In this document: positions 51,420 through 64,000 of the stretch, in pieces
How the letters are laid out: the number at the start of each line of letters is the position of its first letter
Numbering within the stretch: position 1 is the first letter of the stretch
Source of the DNA: Mytilus edulis
Taxonomy: Eukaryota
DNA: 64,000 nucleotides
NCBI RefSeq assembly: GCF_963676685.1
Contig: NC_092347.1
Location: 70,642,935 to 70,706,934 of the forward strand
Reading direction: 5' to 3'
The notes under the pieces: model-generated
Databases searched by the model: none
What the model was told of the DNA's origin: nothing
The model's input: only the letters and a program-made list of their open reading frames with translations
Made by a program: the position numbers and the translations under genes

Positions 51420-54210
51420 GATGATATTTTTTTTGTGAAATAAGATTGAAAAAGAAAGAAAAGTGCATGAGGCAACAATATGGTGTCTCAAAAATTTCAA
51501 AGGAATAGTTCTTTTATTACTAATTTTGTGTACCTATCAACGAAGTAGTGAGATACAACAAGACAGAAGATACCAAAGAGACAATCAAAATTTATAATTT
51601 CAAAGAGGAAACTAAAAAACCGCAGTTTATAAAACATTAAGAGAGACTAAGGTGTGCTATTGTCAGTGTCTGCAGTGTCAACCATTGCTAAGTTAGTGAT
51701 TAGGTCAGTTTCAGATGAACCACAAATACCATGATATTATGTTTGCAGTTGTGTTAGCATTGACACATGTCTCATTGCCATTAAGCTAATTGTCCCCTGC
51801 CTTGTCATGATTCATTGACATAGATAGTTATCAAAGGTACCAGGATTATGATTTAGTACGCCAGACGCGCGTTTCGTCTACATAAGACTCATCAGTGACG
51901 CTCATATCGAAATAGTTATAATGCCAAATAAGTACAAAATTGAAGAGCAATGAAGATCCAAAATTCCAAAAAAATTTGCCATAAAAACTTTCGCATAGTT
52001 TACATTGTTGAAGGTGGTAATTAGGTCAGTATAAGAAAAACTGCAAGGATTTATAGGTATGCAGTACTAGCCTTTATTCATACCAATTATATGTCCCAAC
52101 CCTTAAGTTGTAGTCAATTGAGGAGGGGTAAAAGATACGAGAGGAACAGTCAAACTCCTAGATCGAAAATAAACTGAACGCCATCGCTAAAAAATAAAAA
52201 TACAAACAGACAAATAATAGTACAAAAGACACAACATGAAATTGCACGTTTTGTCTGGTATCCAAGTTGAAGAGGTGCACTTTGATTTTAATTTTTGCAT
52301 ATCCTATCAAATTATACAGGTAATGTGAATCTCAATTTATGCATGGATTTAGTGCAAATCAAAAATGTCACATCTGACCCCCGGAAAAAGGCAACGTCTG
52401 GGATAGGTTAAATACTCCTCATACAAAAATTAATATGTATTGATATTGATTATGGCTGTTGGTCTTGCGATCTCTTTATGATTTGAAATGATCAGTAAAA
52501 GAGATGGTATCAAAATCATAAAGTTAAAACTGATATCGACGATGCTAAAAAAAGGAAAAAGCCAAACAGACAAACAACATAACACAAAATAGAAAACTAC
52601 ATACTGATCATCACGACCCTCTTAAAAAAAACCTGGAGGTGTTCTTATGTGTTCCGGAAGAGTAAGCACATCCTGCTCCACATGTTGCACCAATCGTGTT
52701 GCACATGGTAGTATACACCCGGTTATTAGTATAATTAGGTTGGTCACATTCGGGGTAAAGTGGACGAGTAATAAGTTGATCGAACGTTTCCTCTGACCTC
52801 TGTAAAAAAAATACTCCATAACTGCCAACCATCTCATGATGGCGTCTGTAAAATCAACGAAGACATCACTTATAACTCTTAGGTCTATGGATTTTGATGA
52901 TATTTTTTTTGCCAAGTAAGATTGAAAAAGAAAAAAAGATGCATAAAGCAACAATATGATATCTCAAAAATTTCAAAGTAATAGCTCTTTTATTTAATAC
53001 TATTTTTGTGTACCTATCAACAAAGTAGTCGGATACAACAAGGCAGAAGATACCAGAGAGACAAATTGAATCAAAATTTATAATTTTGAAGACGAAACTA
53101 AAAAACTGCAGTCTATAAAACATTAAGAGAATCTTAGACGTTCTGTTGTCAGTGTCAGCAGTGTCAACCATTGTTAAGATAGTGACAAGGTCAGTTTTAG
53201 GTGAACCACTAAGTCATCAATATTTTGTATGCAGTTGTATTAGCATTGACACATGTCTCATTGCCACTACGATAATTGCCCCCTGCCTTGGCATGATCAA
53301 TTGACACTTACATGTTCAAGGTTGTTATTAGGTCAGTGGTAGCAAAATTGCAAATGGCCAGTCAATTATTTATTTGTAAGCAGTTGTATTAGCTTTGATT
53401 CGTACCAATTCCGTGTCCCAACCTCCAGTTGTAGTCAATTGAATGTTTGCCTAGTTACCATGTTAAAGTGCTGCCCTTTGATTTTAACATTTTCACTATA
53501 ATATCAAATTACAAACAGGGGATGTGAATCTGGGTATCATCACTTTATACATGAATTTAGTGAAGAACAAAAATATCACATCTGACACCAAGAAAAAGGC
53601 AACTTGAATTGACATGGATTACGGCTGGTGGTCTTGTCATATCTTTTGATTTAAAATGATCAGTAAACGAACGGCGAAAGATACCAATACTAGTATGACA
53701 TTCAAACTCTAATTTAGAAAGCTGATCACGCCAAAGCTAAACAAGGAAAAGCCAAATAACAGTTCATAAAACACAAGATAGAAAACTAAAGACTGAGCAA
53801 TACGAACCTTACAACAACTGGGGTGATTTCAGGTGCTCTGGAAGTACAAAAACAATAATAAGTATATTTGGGTTTGTTACATTCGGGGAAAAGGGTACAG
53901 GATTGTATTCACATTAATCGGAACGTTTTGTCTTGCATCTTCCACAACGGTCAACAGACTCATTGGCTTCCGTAGAATTAACGAAGTGATGGTTTTATTA
54001 ACATCACTTGGAACTCTTGGTCTTATAGATTTTTTTGTCAACAGCAACTATCAAGGAAATCATAATAGGGTTAACGAGCCTTGGAATATCGTATCAACTG
54101 GGAGATATAATTATAATATGTATGCAGGCGCTGCTGGAATATTGCTATATAGAAATGGAAAGTTCATAATTTGGAAGCTGAAATCATCTCTTTTTTCGTA
54201 GTTTTTTTTA
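51420..54210. repeat. Tandem segmental duplication, two units of about 1.45 kb at about 85% identity, with nested interspersed-repeat copies
   Basis: 51420-51830 aligns with 52880-53305, 52000-52420 with 53320-53640, and 52430-52870 with 53610-54200. Unit junctions are at tgattttgatgatatttttttt at 51420 and 52880. Confidence 0.6.
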
Positions 54211-57200
54211 ATATATATTAGACCGTTGGTTTTCCTGATTTGATTGTTTTACACTCATCATTTTCGGGCCCTTTATAGCCTGCTGTTCTGTGTGAGCCAA
54301 GACTCAATCTTAAAGGCCGCATCTTCTTATCTATATTTGTTTTCAAACAACATTCATTGTCAGTTTCTAGATGTCAGCAGTCAATAATATGATGCAGAAC
54401 TGTATCTGTTGTATTCTTTATCTGAAAGATAGATGCGTTCATCATAGTCACCAAATTTTGAACTATGTACGGAGAGAACATTATCTACATAGCAAAAGTA
54501 AAGTTAAAAGATACTGCTTACATCTACTCTTCCCGTATGAAGTCAGCCTCAGATGAATACAAGAACAAGTCGCCAATAAGAGGAACACAGCTGGTTCCCA
54601 TGGAAATACCAATTGTTTTGTTGAAAAACATGTCCTCCAGACTTTGGATATTTTAATATCCTCATCTTAATCGCACAAATAGGTAGTTTGGAATTTGATG
54701 TTTATAATTTAGAAAGAGATTTTGTGAAGCACTTTGAAGACTTAGCAACGTTGTTTGTACGAACACTTATGTACACAGGTATGCAATACAGTGATGGAAG
54801 ATTGGTTGAAATTTTCATAGGTCTTATGATTATCAAGAATTTCCTCCTTTGTAAGGGACGATGGAGTATAAGCTCAGTTTCTAAGCGAATTGTCAAAACC
54901 CAATGAATTTATCAGAATGTGTTTTACACACAAACACAATGTTGTTTTGTGCTTTATCTGCGGGAACAATGTTCAACATTAATTCTGAGTTGTATTAACG
55001 ACCCCATGCCATTTGGAAAGAGAATATACGTCTTTTTTTCCGCGTTTAAAAGTTTGCCTGCCATAATTCCTGATTGGAAACATCATCACTTTGAAGTTGT
55101 GGTTCCAATTGATGAGTTTAGTCGCATAGAAGTGTTATCTATTGTGTTTTCTCTCAATCAATTTATGACATTCGAACAGCTGTATACTACTGTTGCCTTA
55201 TTTAGGTCACCAGAAAAATAACGTGACATGCCGGATTATATATGAATAGAGAACTGGCACAGGCGCAATCAGGAGGTTCAGACTTGAAGTCGTCAATATT
55301 GAGATCCTTCAACACGTCCACACACCGGAAAAGAACACTTCGAACGTAGACAGTTCAACACTCTAACAACAATCATTTAGACAAGAAAGTAGAGTTTAAT
55401 ACCACAATGAAATTATGCAGAAAACTATAAAAGTATCATTGAAATTTTATTCAGTTGCAGATCCATGATTCTTTTGTAAAATTAAATTAAACAACATCAA
55501 TTTTTACTATATGCGCATTCTCTTCAGTAAAACTTGTGGCCAAACTTTCGATAATCCAAAACCGTATATAAAAGCAAAAAGTCTTCACAAAACAACGCAA
55601 CGATTTCAGATACTAGTACTATTTGTAATAATACCTGATACCTTAACTTGTTTTGCGGCTTTTTTTTGCTTCACAGTTTTTGGTGGGGTTCGTGTTGCTT
55701 AGTCTTTAGTTTTCTATGTTGTGTCTTCTGTACTTTTATTTGTCTTTTTTTAGCCATGACGTTGTCAGTTTATTTTTCAATCTATGAATTTGACTGTCCC
55801 TCTGGTATCTTTGGCCCCTCTTTTTGAGATGTATATGTTGTTCGTCCTCCCAAATTACGTTGCGGATTGTAAAAAGTATCGGATATAAAATCCCGTCAAA
55901 TCAGACATGCTCAGAACAATGGAGTTTACATTTTTAGATTAGTCCATTTGTTGAAAATTTACATTTATGTTTAGCAATTCTTTATTGATATATTTACAGC
56001 TTGTTTATTTTTTTTTTTTATGTTTTTTTGTACAAAATTGATAAAATTATTAAGAAACTCCCTGAGAACAATTTGACCTTAGATGGATTTGACAATAATT
56101 TTTTCGTCCTTTTTTTGTGTCACTGAGCTCTTCAACTGTGACGGCTTTCAAAGCATTCGACTTTAAGCGTTACGATGAAGGTGATAATAAAAGCGTTTCG
56201 AAAACACATTACCTTTATATAGTTTTATTTTCAATTCTTTTTATAGCACTGTGTGGATTCCGCACCTGGTATACTATCAATTCCCAAGTATATCATCAGT
56301 TCAGAAGTTAGTAAATCGGTACTGACAAACTCATCATAGATACCGGAAATAACATTGTGAACAACTGACGTTATGTTTAACATTCCTTTACTAAATCCGT
56401 CTATGAATTGTTTTAATTATGAAGAAAGTAAGTTTCCTATTCCCTCTGAAAATGTTGACATAAGATTGATTTGTCTATTATTTAAAGGTCAATTTTTATT
56501 CATAAATCTCTCAAGTATTGCATACTGGGCTGATGATACTAACGGGCAGAGAACCTGGACCAGCATTGACATCGACCCAGAGGTTGGAAAATAAAACTCA
56601 TCAGAAATACCAGGCTTATAATAATAATCCAGTCAAGGATGTATTAGCACCGAAAGATTGGTGTGTTAACATGAATTATAATAAACTCCCTTTTAAAAAA
56701 AAACTACATTTGAACTGTTCGAAATACTCCTGTTTTCTTTTACCACATGAGTAGATTACCATAGCTGTATTTGGCAAAACCTTTCCGAATTACGGGTCCT
56801 CCTTAATGGTCTTCAACGTAATTAGTTCTTTATTTGACCTTTCATTTTTTTATTCGAGCGTCACTGTTAAGTTTTTTGTAGACGAATCGTGCGTCTAGCG
56901 TAAACTATTCACTGTCCCTCTGGTATCTTTCGTCCCTCTTTTATAAGCCGGGTATCTTTGATGAGTTGTTTCTGCAATCAATTGGTCAATGTCAATACTG
57001 TTTGAGTTTCCACCAAGAGTGTATCACCAGCCAAGTAGTCGGCACATATTAGTCAACATGAATTAATCTCGCTATGGCATAGAATATCTTAATATATATC
57101 CCCACGACACGTCTAGTCTATGTTTCTTTGGAATTTCAACCAAAGATGAAAATCAGATCTTCATTCACATTTTGGATGCCTTAACTACATAAGTGTTCCT

Positions 57201-57385
57201 ACAAACAAGGGTATATTGCTGGGTCTTCGAAGTGCTCCACGAGACCTCTTTAAATTATTTACATCAATTCAATCAGCAGTCAAAAACGGGCTTCAAGGTT
57301 AAGACTCTTACATCTTGCAATAGTCTTAAAACATGACTTTTTTACACTTTACACAAGTATTCCCCATTCCAAACTAAAAGACAAA

Positions 57386-57697
57386 TTGAAAGAGTTGCTA
57401 TTGCTTTGTTTCATAAAACAGAATGGCCAACGTAGATACAAGTATCTTGTCTTAGGGAGGAATAAATCCTACTTCGTAGATAATCACTGTGATTCAAGCA
57501 AAACATTCTCTTTAACTGACATAATCAAGATGCTTGATTTCTTGATTGACAACATAATCATAACGTTGGGAGTTTTTCAACAAACTATCGGCATTCCGAT
57601 GAGAGAGACCAGTGCCCCTCTTCTTGTCGGCTTGTTCCTTTATTCTTATGAGGTTGATTTCATAAACGGACTTCTTAAGAAGAAATATAAGAAGTAA
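57386..57697 (+). pseudogene. Fragment of a repetitive-gene or retroelement ORF with an RT-like 'GIPMG...APLL..LFLYSYE' motif
   Basis: ORF 57386..57697 contains ...ITLGVFQQTIGIPMRETSAPLLVGLFLYSYEVDFI.... The pattern G-x-P-x-G-x3-(S/A)-P-L-L-x2-L-F-L resembles reverse-transcriptase motif 4/5 (QG..SP.L). The ORF is truncated on both sides and is surrounded by other broken ORFs at 54688-56311. Confidence 0.3.
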
Positions 57698-57899
57698 GCA
57701 GTATCCTTTGTCTTTTCTTTCCTCTATATAGATGTTCTTTCACTAAATAATTCAATGTGTTGACTATGTTTAACGCATCTAGAGATAAAGGATACAACAG
57801 AAGATACAGTTAAGACTGCCTCATATCTTGACTTTAGAATTTGACAATGGGGGTCAGTTGAAAAAAAAACTTTACGACAAAAGAGATAATTTCAGCTTC

Positions 57900-58330
57900 T
57901 CATTATGAACTTTCCATTTCTATGTAGCAACATTGCAGCGCCTGCATACCGATTACATATCTCCCAATTGATACGATATTCCCTGGCTTGTATACCTTAT
58001 CATGATTTCTTTGATAGAGGGTTGCTGCTCACAAAGAATCTGTTAAACCAAGAGTTCCAAATGGTGAAGTTGAAATCACCCCTTTGTAAATTATACGGAT
58101 GCCACCACGAGTTGGTTGACCGTTATGAAATATCCGTTTCGGTATCGGATATGTTTCTTTTGCCGTAACTATAATCCACATCTCTGATGTGACCTACCGA
58201 ATTAGACAGGTGCCACATATGGAGCAAGATCTGCCTATCTTTCCGGAGCACCTGAGATCACCTCCAGTTTTTGTTGGGGTCTATAAAATTTGATGCAACT
58301 GTCGTACAAGTGAGAGGTTTAGCGCTATAA
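57900..58330 (-). mobile_element. Copy of the ORF-bearing interspersed repeat family (reverse orientation relative to 13250-13990)
   Basis: About 85% nt identity to 13340-13440 plus 13640-13990, without the 200-bp pearl-like insert. ORF 57905..58168 encodes MNFPFLCSNIAAPAY...NQEFQMVKLKSPLCKLYGCHHELVDRYEISVS, a homologue of ORF 13717..13974. Confidence 0.5.
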
Positions 58331-61300
58331 AACCAGGTTCAATCCAAACTTTTCTACAGTTGAAAATGCCTGTACCAAGTCAGGAATATGACATTCTTGT
58401 CCATTTGTTTTTTTCGTTTGATTTTGCCATGTGATTATGGACTTTCCGATTGGATTTTCCTCTGAGTTTAGTATTTTTGAGATTTTACTTTTTATGTTCC
58501 TTATTCTTAATTTTTCTGTGATGTATTTTTGTACTATAGTATTTCCGTCTTTTTTCTTTTTTAACCATGGCAGTCTCAGTTTATTTCCGATTTATTGGTA
58601 TCTTTTGCACCTCTTTTAAGTTGTCGTTTGCAAAACCATTTCGGAATCATATATATTAGTTCTCAATGTTATTTAATTTATGTCGAGCCTGCAAATTCTA
58701 TCAAAGAAAGCGAGTTTAACTATGTTTGGATGAATTGAATAATAGTAAGATGTATATTTCTGTCTTGCAGGTATCATTTGACATGGACCTCATTTTCATT
58801 GTTTATTGGACAATGATATTTTCCTAGTTACGTTTGTTTCTTAGATACTTTATTCAATAGGTCAACGATATTTGATCCAAAGAATGATTGTAAGATGTAC
58901 ATGTCTGTCTGGCATGATTCAATGGTCAATATAACTCTTTCATTGTTTGGTCTGTTTAATGTATACTACTAGCAATAGGTAAAAAAATAATTGGTGTATG
59001 GCATGATTGTCTGGTGAATACTTTTTTGGGGGGCTGGGTTTATCTGACTTGGACCTTGATTTTTTAAGACAAACCTTATAATATTCAAAATAACTACATA
59101 GTAAGTCCGGAGTTACTGAAGTTACGCCTGGAGGCCCACAGGGCAAGGTATATTTTACCACTCATCTCTGTTATGTGATGTCTTTTCTATTTCTCTCCCC
59201 CTGATTCCGTGGTCTTTCATTTCAAAATCAACTCTCCTTTTGCAAAATTATCTTTGGGCGTTCATTTTTCTCCCCGATCTGGTACCCCAACTCTAGTCTT
59301 TTCCACAGCTGGTTTAACATTACCAATTCATCTTCATATTGTTTTGCTTCATTAGAGTCTCCATGCTTTGGAATCCTAATGTTTCATTGAAGTCTTAGTT
59401 TGTGATCTAACGTGGACAGAATATCATTAACATTTTTTGAAGGAAGCCGTTGTGCCAACTGGAAAGCTTATTGATGTCTTTTTAAGTCATTAAATATTAT
59501 GCTGCCCTATATGGCAGCACTAATAATACAAAGCTATTGTATAGTATGATTTTGGTGTTCATATTGGTGTTGCCCAACTTGAAGATTTTGCGTAGCTTTA
59601 CAAAAAAAACCAGTTCGGGTTCTTCCTATTCTGACTCGGATGTCTTTATCTTCTCCTCCTTCTGATGTTCTGATGCTGCCAAAGTAAGTGCATTACAGAT
59701 ATGTCCAATTTAAATCTATTATAGGAGGCCTAAAGATGTTAAGGGGTATAACCTTTGATTCAGTCATGATTAGTCAAATCTTACTTAAATTCCCTTGTAA
59801 CTTGGTGGTTTTGGTTTGAACCTGTCTTTCAGGATGTGTCAGTAAAGCCAGATCATCTGCATTGTCCAGGGTTTGAAGTCATAAAATTTGCTCAGTGCCT
59901 GCAGCACAAAAATCATGCTCGAAACATGAAATCCAGCATTTTGATTGGTTGATTTTGGAGTATGAGTACAAAAAACTGACTCGAAAATTTTATGACTTCA
60001 AGGACAGATCTTCCAGATAGTTCAAGAGATTCAATATGATGCCTGTGTTGTTAATGCATATGGTTGATTGAATTACCAACTCGACAGCTATTTTTAAAAA
60101 AGGGAGGACATATCACAAGGCTAACTCTTGATTTTACAAAAAAGTGGTTTCTGCTGATGTACCTACAGAGCATCTGAATTCTGTATAAAACATTTCAATA
60201 AGTTGCACTACTTTTGCTCGTATCCCATAATTTCGGAAGATCTTCCATTTTTCGAGCTACACTAATGAGTCTTTTGTAGACGAAACGGTTGTCTATCGTA
60301 CACAATTATAATCCTGTTATCTTTTATTAGTTATTCTCCAGCATATTTGATTAACGTTCACCTTGTTCAGCCATTATTCTAGCTGATAATTCCCGATTGG
60401 AATTCCATGTTTATTGTTCGACACGAGATTCCGGTTTCAATATTAATATATATGAAAATTTTATTTTTTTCTTCTTTCTCGCTGAATTATAACCCACCTG
60501 CTGTTATTCATATCCAATATATATAAAACATAAATTAGGGTCATAGAAATGTCGCAAAAGAAGAAGAAAAAAAGAAAGGTGATATGGTATTATTGAAAAC
60601 GCAACAAATTTTCATCAGACTCAGAAAGGATGAGGATATGAGCAGCTATTGATGACAAATGAACACTAGTCAGTTCAAGACTCGATACGACAAAATATGA
60701 AACAATTCAAACGAGAACATCAAATCTGATTTAAGAAAAAAACCCAACGAAAAACAGATATGACCGACAATAACCAACGGAAAACACTGAATAACAGGCT
60801 TTTGACAGCCACATAAAGAATGTGATGGGCTTATGAGAGCACAACCCTCTTCTAACCAGAGAAAGCGATATACCAGCACAACATGGATAATTGCTCGACT
60901 AATACTACGATTGAGAAGAAGCTAACAACTAACACAAAGACACAAACTACCGATCATAGATTTCTCGTTGTTATAAAAAGCTAGTGCAAAACCAATTACA
61001 ACTAATGAATAAAACATTTATTTTCTCTCAAGTATCAATCAATTCAAATCGAAAGGATTAAGTATGAGACGTCATAAACATGCTGAACCGCAACAACTTA
61101 GTGCAATGGAAATAACTACCTGCAGAACTATCATAACTTTGTATAGCAATACATATTTAGTAATGTTATATATTTATCAAAAACAAAATCAATAGTTCCT
61201 AATACAGCACTATTCAAAATTAATACCTTTGTTCCAAAGACCAATGATAATTCTTATTCTACACTTGTACTTGTCACAAAGCAATGGTATGTAGTTTATA

Positions 61301-61949
61301 TGACAGTAAACATTTGATTTGAAGAAAAAACTAATACGACAAGAGGGACTTACTGACCTTCTTCACTTGAACGTGTTGAAGATTATCAATTATTAATAAG
61401 CTGTTACACGATAATGTACTTAAAAGACTCAGTTGCACTTCACCTGCATATTAACATAACATGTCAATCACATGTCCTATGGCGTTTAAAACAAACAATG
61501 CTACTGTCATTGGTTTAAAAATAACGTCATTCTCGTGCATAAGACTTACATCACAGTCAAGAAGTGCATATGCTTCCAAATGTATTTTTCTGTGGGAAAA
61601 AAATTGTTCACTCTTTTATTAGTCTATGGTTCTTTTGATATTTCTAAATGATAATTAATCTTAAGCTTGTATACTCTTTTAAATATCAAAGAAAAATAAA
61701 TCATTGATAGCTTTTATCTACAGCTTTTCATTTCATTAAAAGCCTGTCACTAAACTCTTAGACTTAATACCCGTCTAGCAGTCTAATAAAAATGCACATA
61801 TATTTACACTAACATGCGGTAAAAGAAATTTTAAACCCTGCATTTATCATGCTTTTCGCTGAAAGACCCTTTTCTTAAATTATGGATCACCATCATTCTG
61901 CATTGACAATAATATTTTGGCGTAAATATGTTACATCAAATCGGGCGTA

Positions 61950-63750
61950 CTCCCTCATCAGTGTATCTAAAACATGAATAAAATTAGGCGTTAATTATGT
62001 ATACGTCACATTAAAATCAGAAAAATACATATATAGAGAACAGAATTTGTTGATATACGTCAGCAACGACTACGTTAAAACCAGAAAACGTATCTTATTT
62101 TTGAGGTCAACGTATCTTATTCTGGAGGTCAACGTATCTTATTCTGGAGGTCAACGTCTTCAAGAATGGATAAATTCGTATTTCTTATGTCAAGCTATAG
62201 ATCTCTCGGAATTATGAACCAATTTAAGAGAGATATCAAAAACCATCAACACCCAAATGTTTTAAATGAGAGAAACACTAATATTCCATAAGATGACAAA
62301 TCTAAAGAGACTTGAAATGGATACATTTACACGACAAAAATGAAAATCATTTATAGAAAACGCGTTTAAATTGGTATTAAAGTAAGAAAAAAAGACACAG
62401 GTTATGAGACAAAAAAGAAAAAAAAAGGAAATGAAGTACAGACCAACACGCAAGTCAAGGTACTAGTAATACTATGGTACGTACGACTGTATAAAAGAAT
62501 GGTCGTTATGATTGGAACAAAGCTCACATAGTACCAATTCTTCTAGTATAGAAATCATACCTTCTTACATACATATTCTAATATTGGTTTCTTCAATTTA
62601 AACTTAAGTTCACACAGCAATGTCATTAACAATATAGAAAACACGATACGGTAACACGACACAAGGAGTAAAGTGTAGATACATAAAACATGAGTAGTTT
62701 GAAGTATTGTTCCATGCCCTAACTCCCAAAATACAAGAATCAATAAAAACAAAACAACCGTATATCTATAACATTTGTAATTAATGTTATAAGTCACGGA
62801 TAACATAATGATCTTAATATGTTGTCTTTTAAATGTCAAGAAAAAAAATGATTTATAAGTATGTCTATATTACAAGATTTTTTTCTACTGATATTCATTC
62901 GGGTAACATAATATATTACAGAACTCTTAAACAAAATACTCGACAAGCAGTTTGAGGGAATACCTTTATACGTATGCATATAAAGAGGTGTTAATTGTCT
63001 TTACGTCAATAAGGCCAGATTAAAACCAGACAAGACATATATAAAAGGAAAGAAGATGTTGATTTACGTCAGCTAATCCGACAACAATAAAACTAAAAGA
63101 AAAGCATCTCAAGGTCAACGTCTTCAATAATAGATACATATCTATATCATGTGTCAATCTTAAATCGCTCGGGAATTTTGAGACAATATAACAGAAAATA
63201 CCAAAGCAATCAAAAGAAAGTGCGTTAAACAGCGAAAAAATAATATTTCCATGATAAAGATAAAGGGAGACATTAACTAACAAGGTTTCTGACTTAAAAC
63301 AGATTCATTGGCATAACACAAATACAGATCGTTTAATATAGAATCATTATTAAAGATGATCAAAACACAGAGTTAAAAGTACAAGTAAAACTATGCCGAA
63401 TGAATTTAATACTGTACATAAAATAATGATGGTAGTTATTGAAAGAAAGCTATCTTCTAGTATAGAAGTCATGACCCCTTACATACATATTCTATTACAA
63501 TCACATTACATCAAAGTTAACTGCACACAGCGAACCCATGGACAGTATAGAAACAATAAACGGTTCAACCACTGTCAGAGAACACTGTAGATAAATGAAA
63601 CAAAAGTAGTGCGAATTGTATTTCTAACACACACCCTCCCAAAATACAAGAACCAATAATATCCAAACAAAGGTGTATCCACAACATTTGTAATTAATTT
63701 TATAAGTTATTTTTGGCATAACAGAAGGACCTTAATAAACTCATTTCCTT
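61950..63750. repeat. Tandem segmental duplication, two units of about 0.95 kb, containing a (24-bp)x3 micro-array
   Basis: 62000-62330 aligns with 63000-63240 and 62470-62830 with 63400-63720. The 24-bp unit 'aacgtatcttattctggaggtc' is repeated three times at 62095-62160 and once at 63105. Confidence 0.5.
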
Positions 63751-64000
63751 ATTTAAGATTTAATGCTTATTTATAGTTTTATCGTGATGTAAAAGCCTTG
63801 ACCGAAGCACATTTAGAATGATGTGGAAGCGACTCATATTTATATATGGGTGCTCGATCAACGCTTTAACAACCGTATAAAATTATAAAAAAGAAGCATT
63901 CAATTTTTGTAATTAGATCTAAGTATGAAGTGAAAAGTTATATTAAGCTGTTATTTTTTAAACGCTTTAAAAAAAAAGAAGGTGACGGATATCACGTGCA

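Overview
This window is AT-rich eukaryotic nuclear DNA, not a prokaryotic locus. Several abundant repeat families in it are bivalve-mollusc in style, and I infer a Mytilus-like genome. I do not see a defence-island or operon-type system. The one confidently identifiable gene is a five-exon, plus-strand flavin amine oxidase of the spermine oxidase / polyamine oxidase family (SMOX/PAOX-like, about 475 aa). It has a true ATG at 10779 and a stop at 45610-45612, and spans about 35 kb because intron 3 is 21 kb long and packed with repeats. A second, divergently oriented candidate coding exon lies on the minus strand at 993-1496. The rest of the window is dominated by mobile and repetitive DNA: tRNA-derived SINEs, one pair of which forms a near-perfect 94-bp-arm hairpin; several MITE families with clear TIRs and TSDs, including a G/C-homopolymer-rich palindromic MITE present twice with 5-bp TSDs; a 60-bp satellite built on the CCAACGTTGG palindrome; a 39-bp minisatellite of about 18 copies; pearl-like foldback elements; two kilobase-scale tandem segmental duplications; and a repeat-borne conserved small ORF. 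The six-frame ORF track uses alternative start codons such as TTG, so many listed ORFs are repeat or intron artefacts. All coordinates were read by eye and may be off by 1-2 bp.
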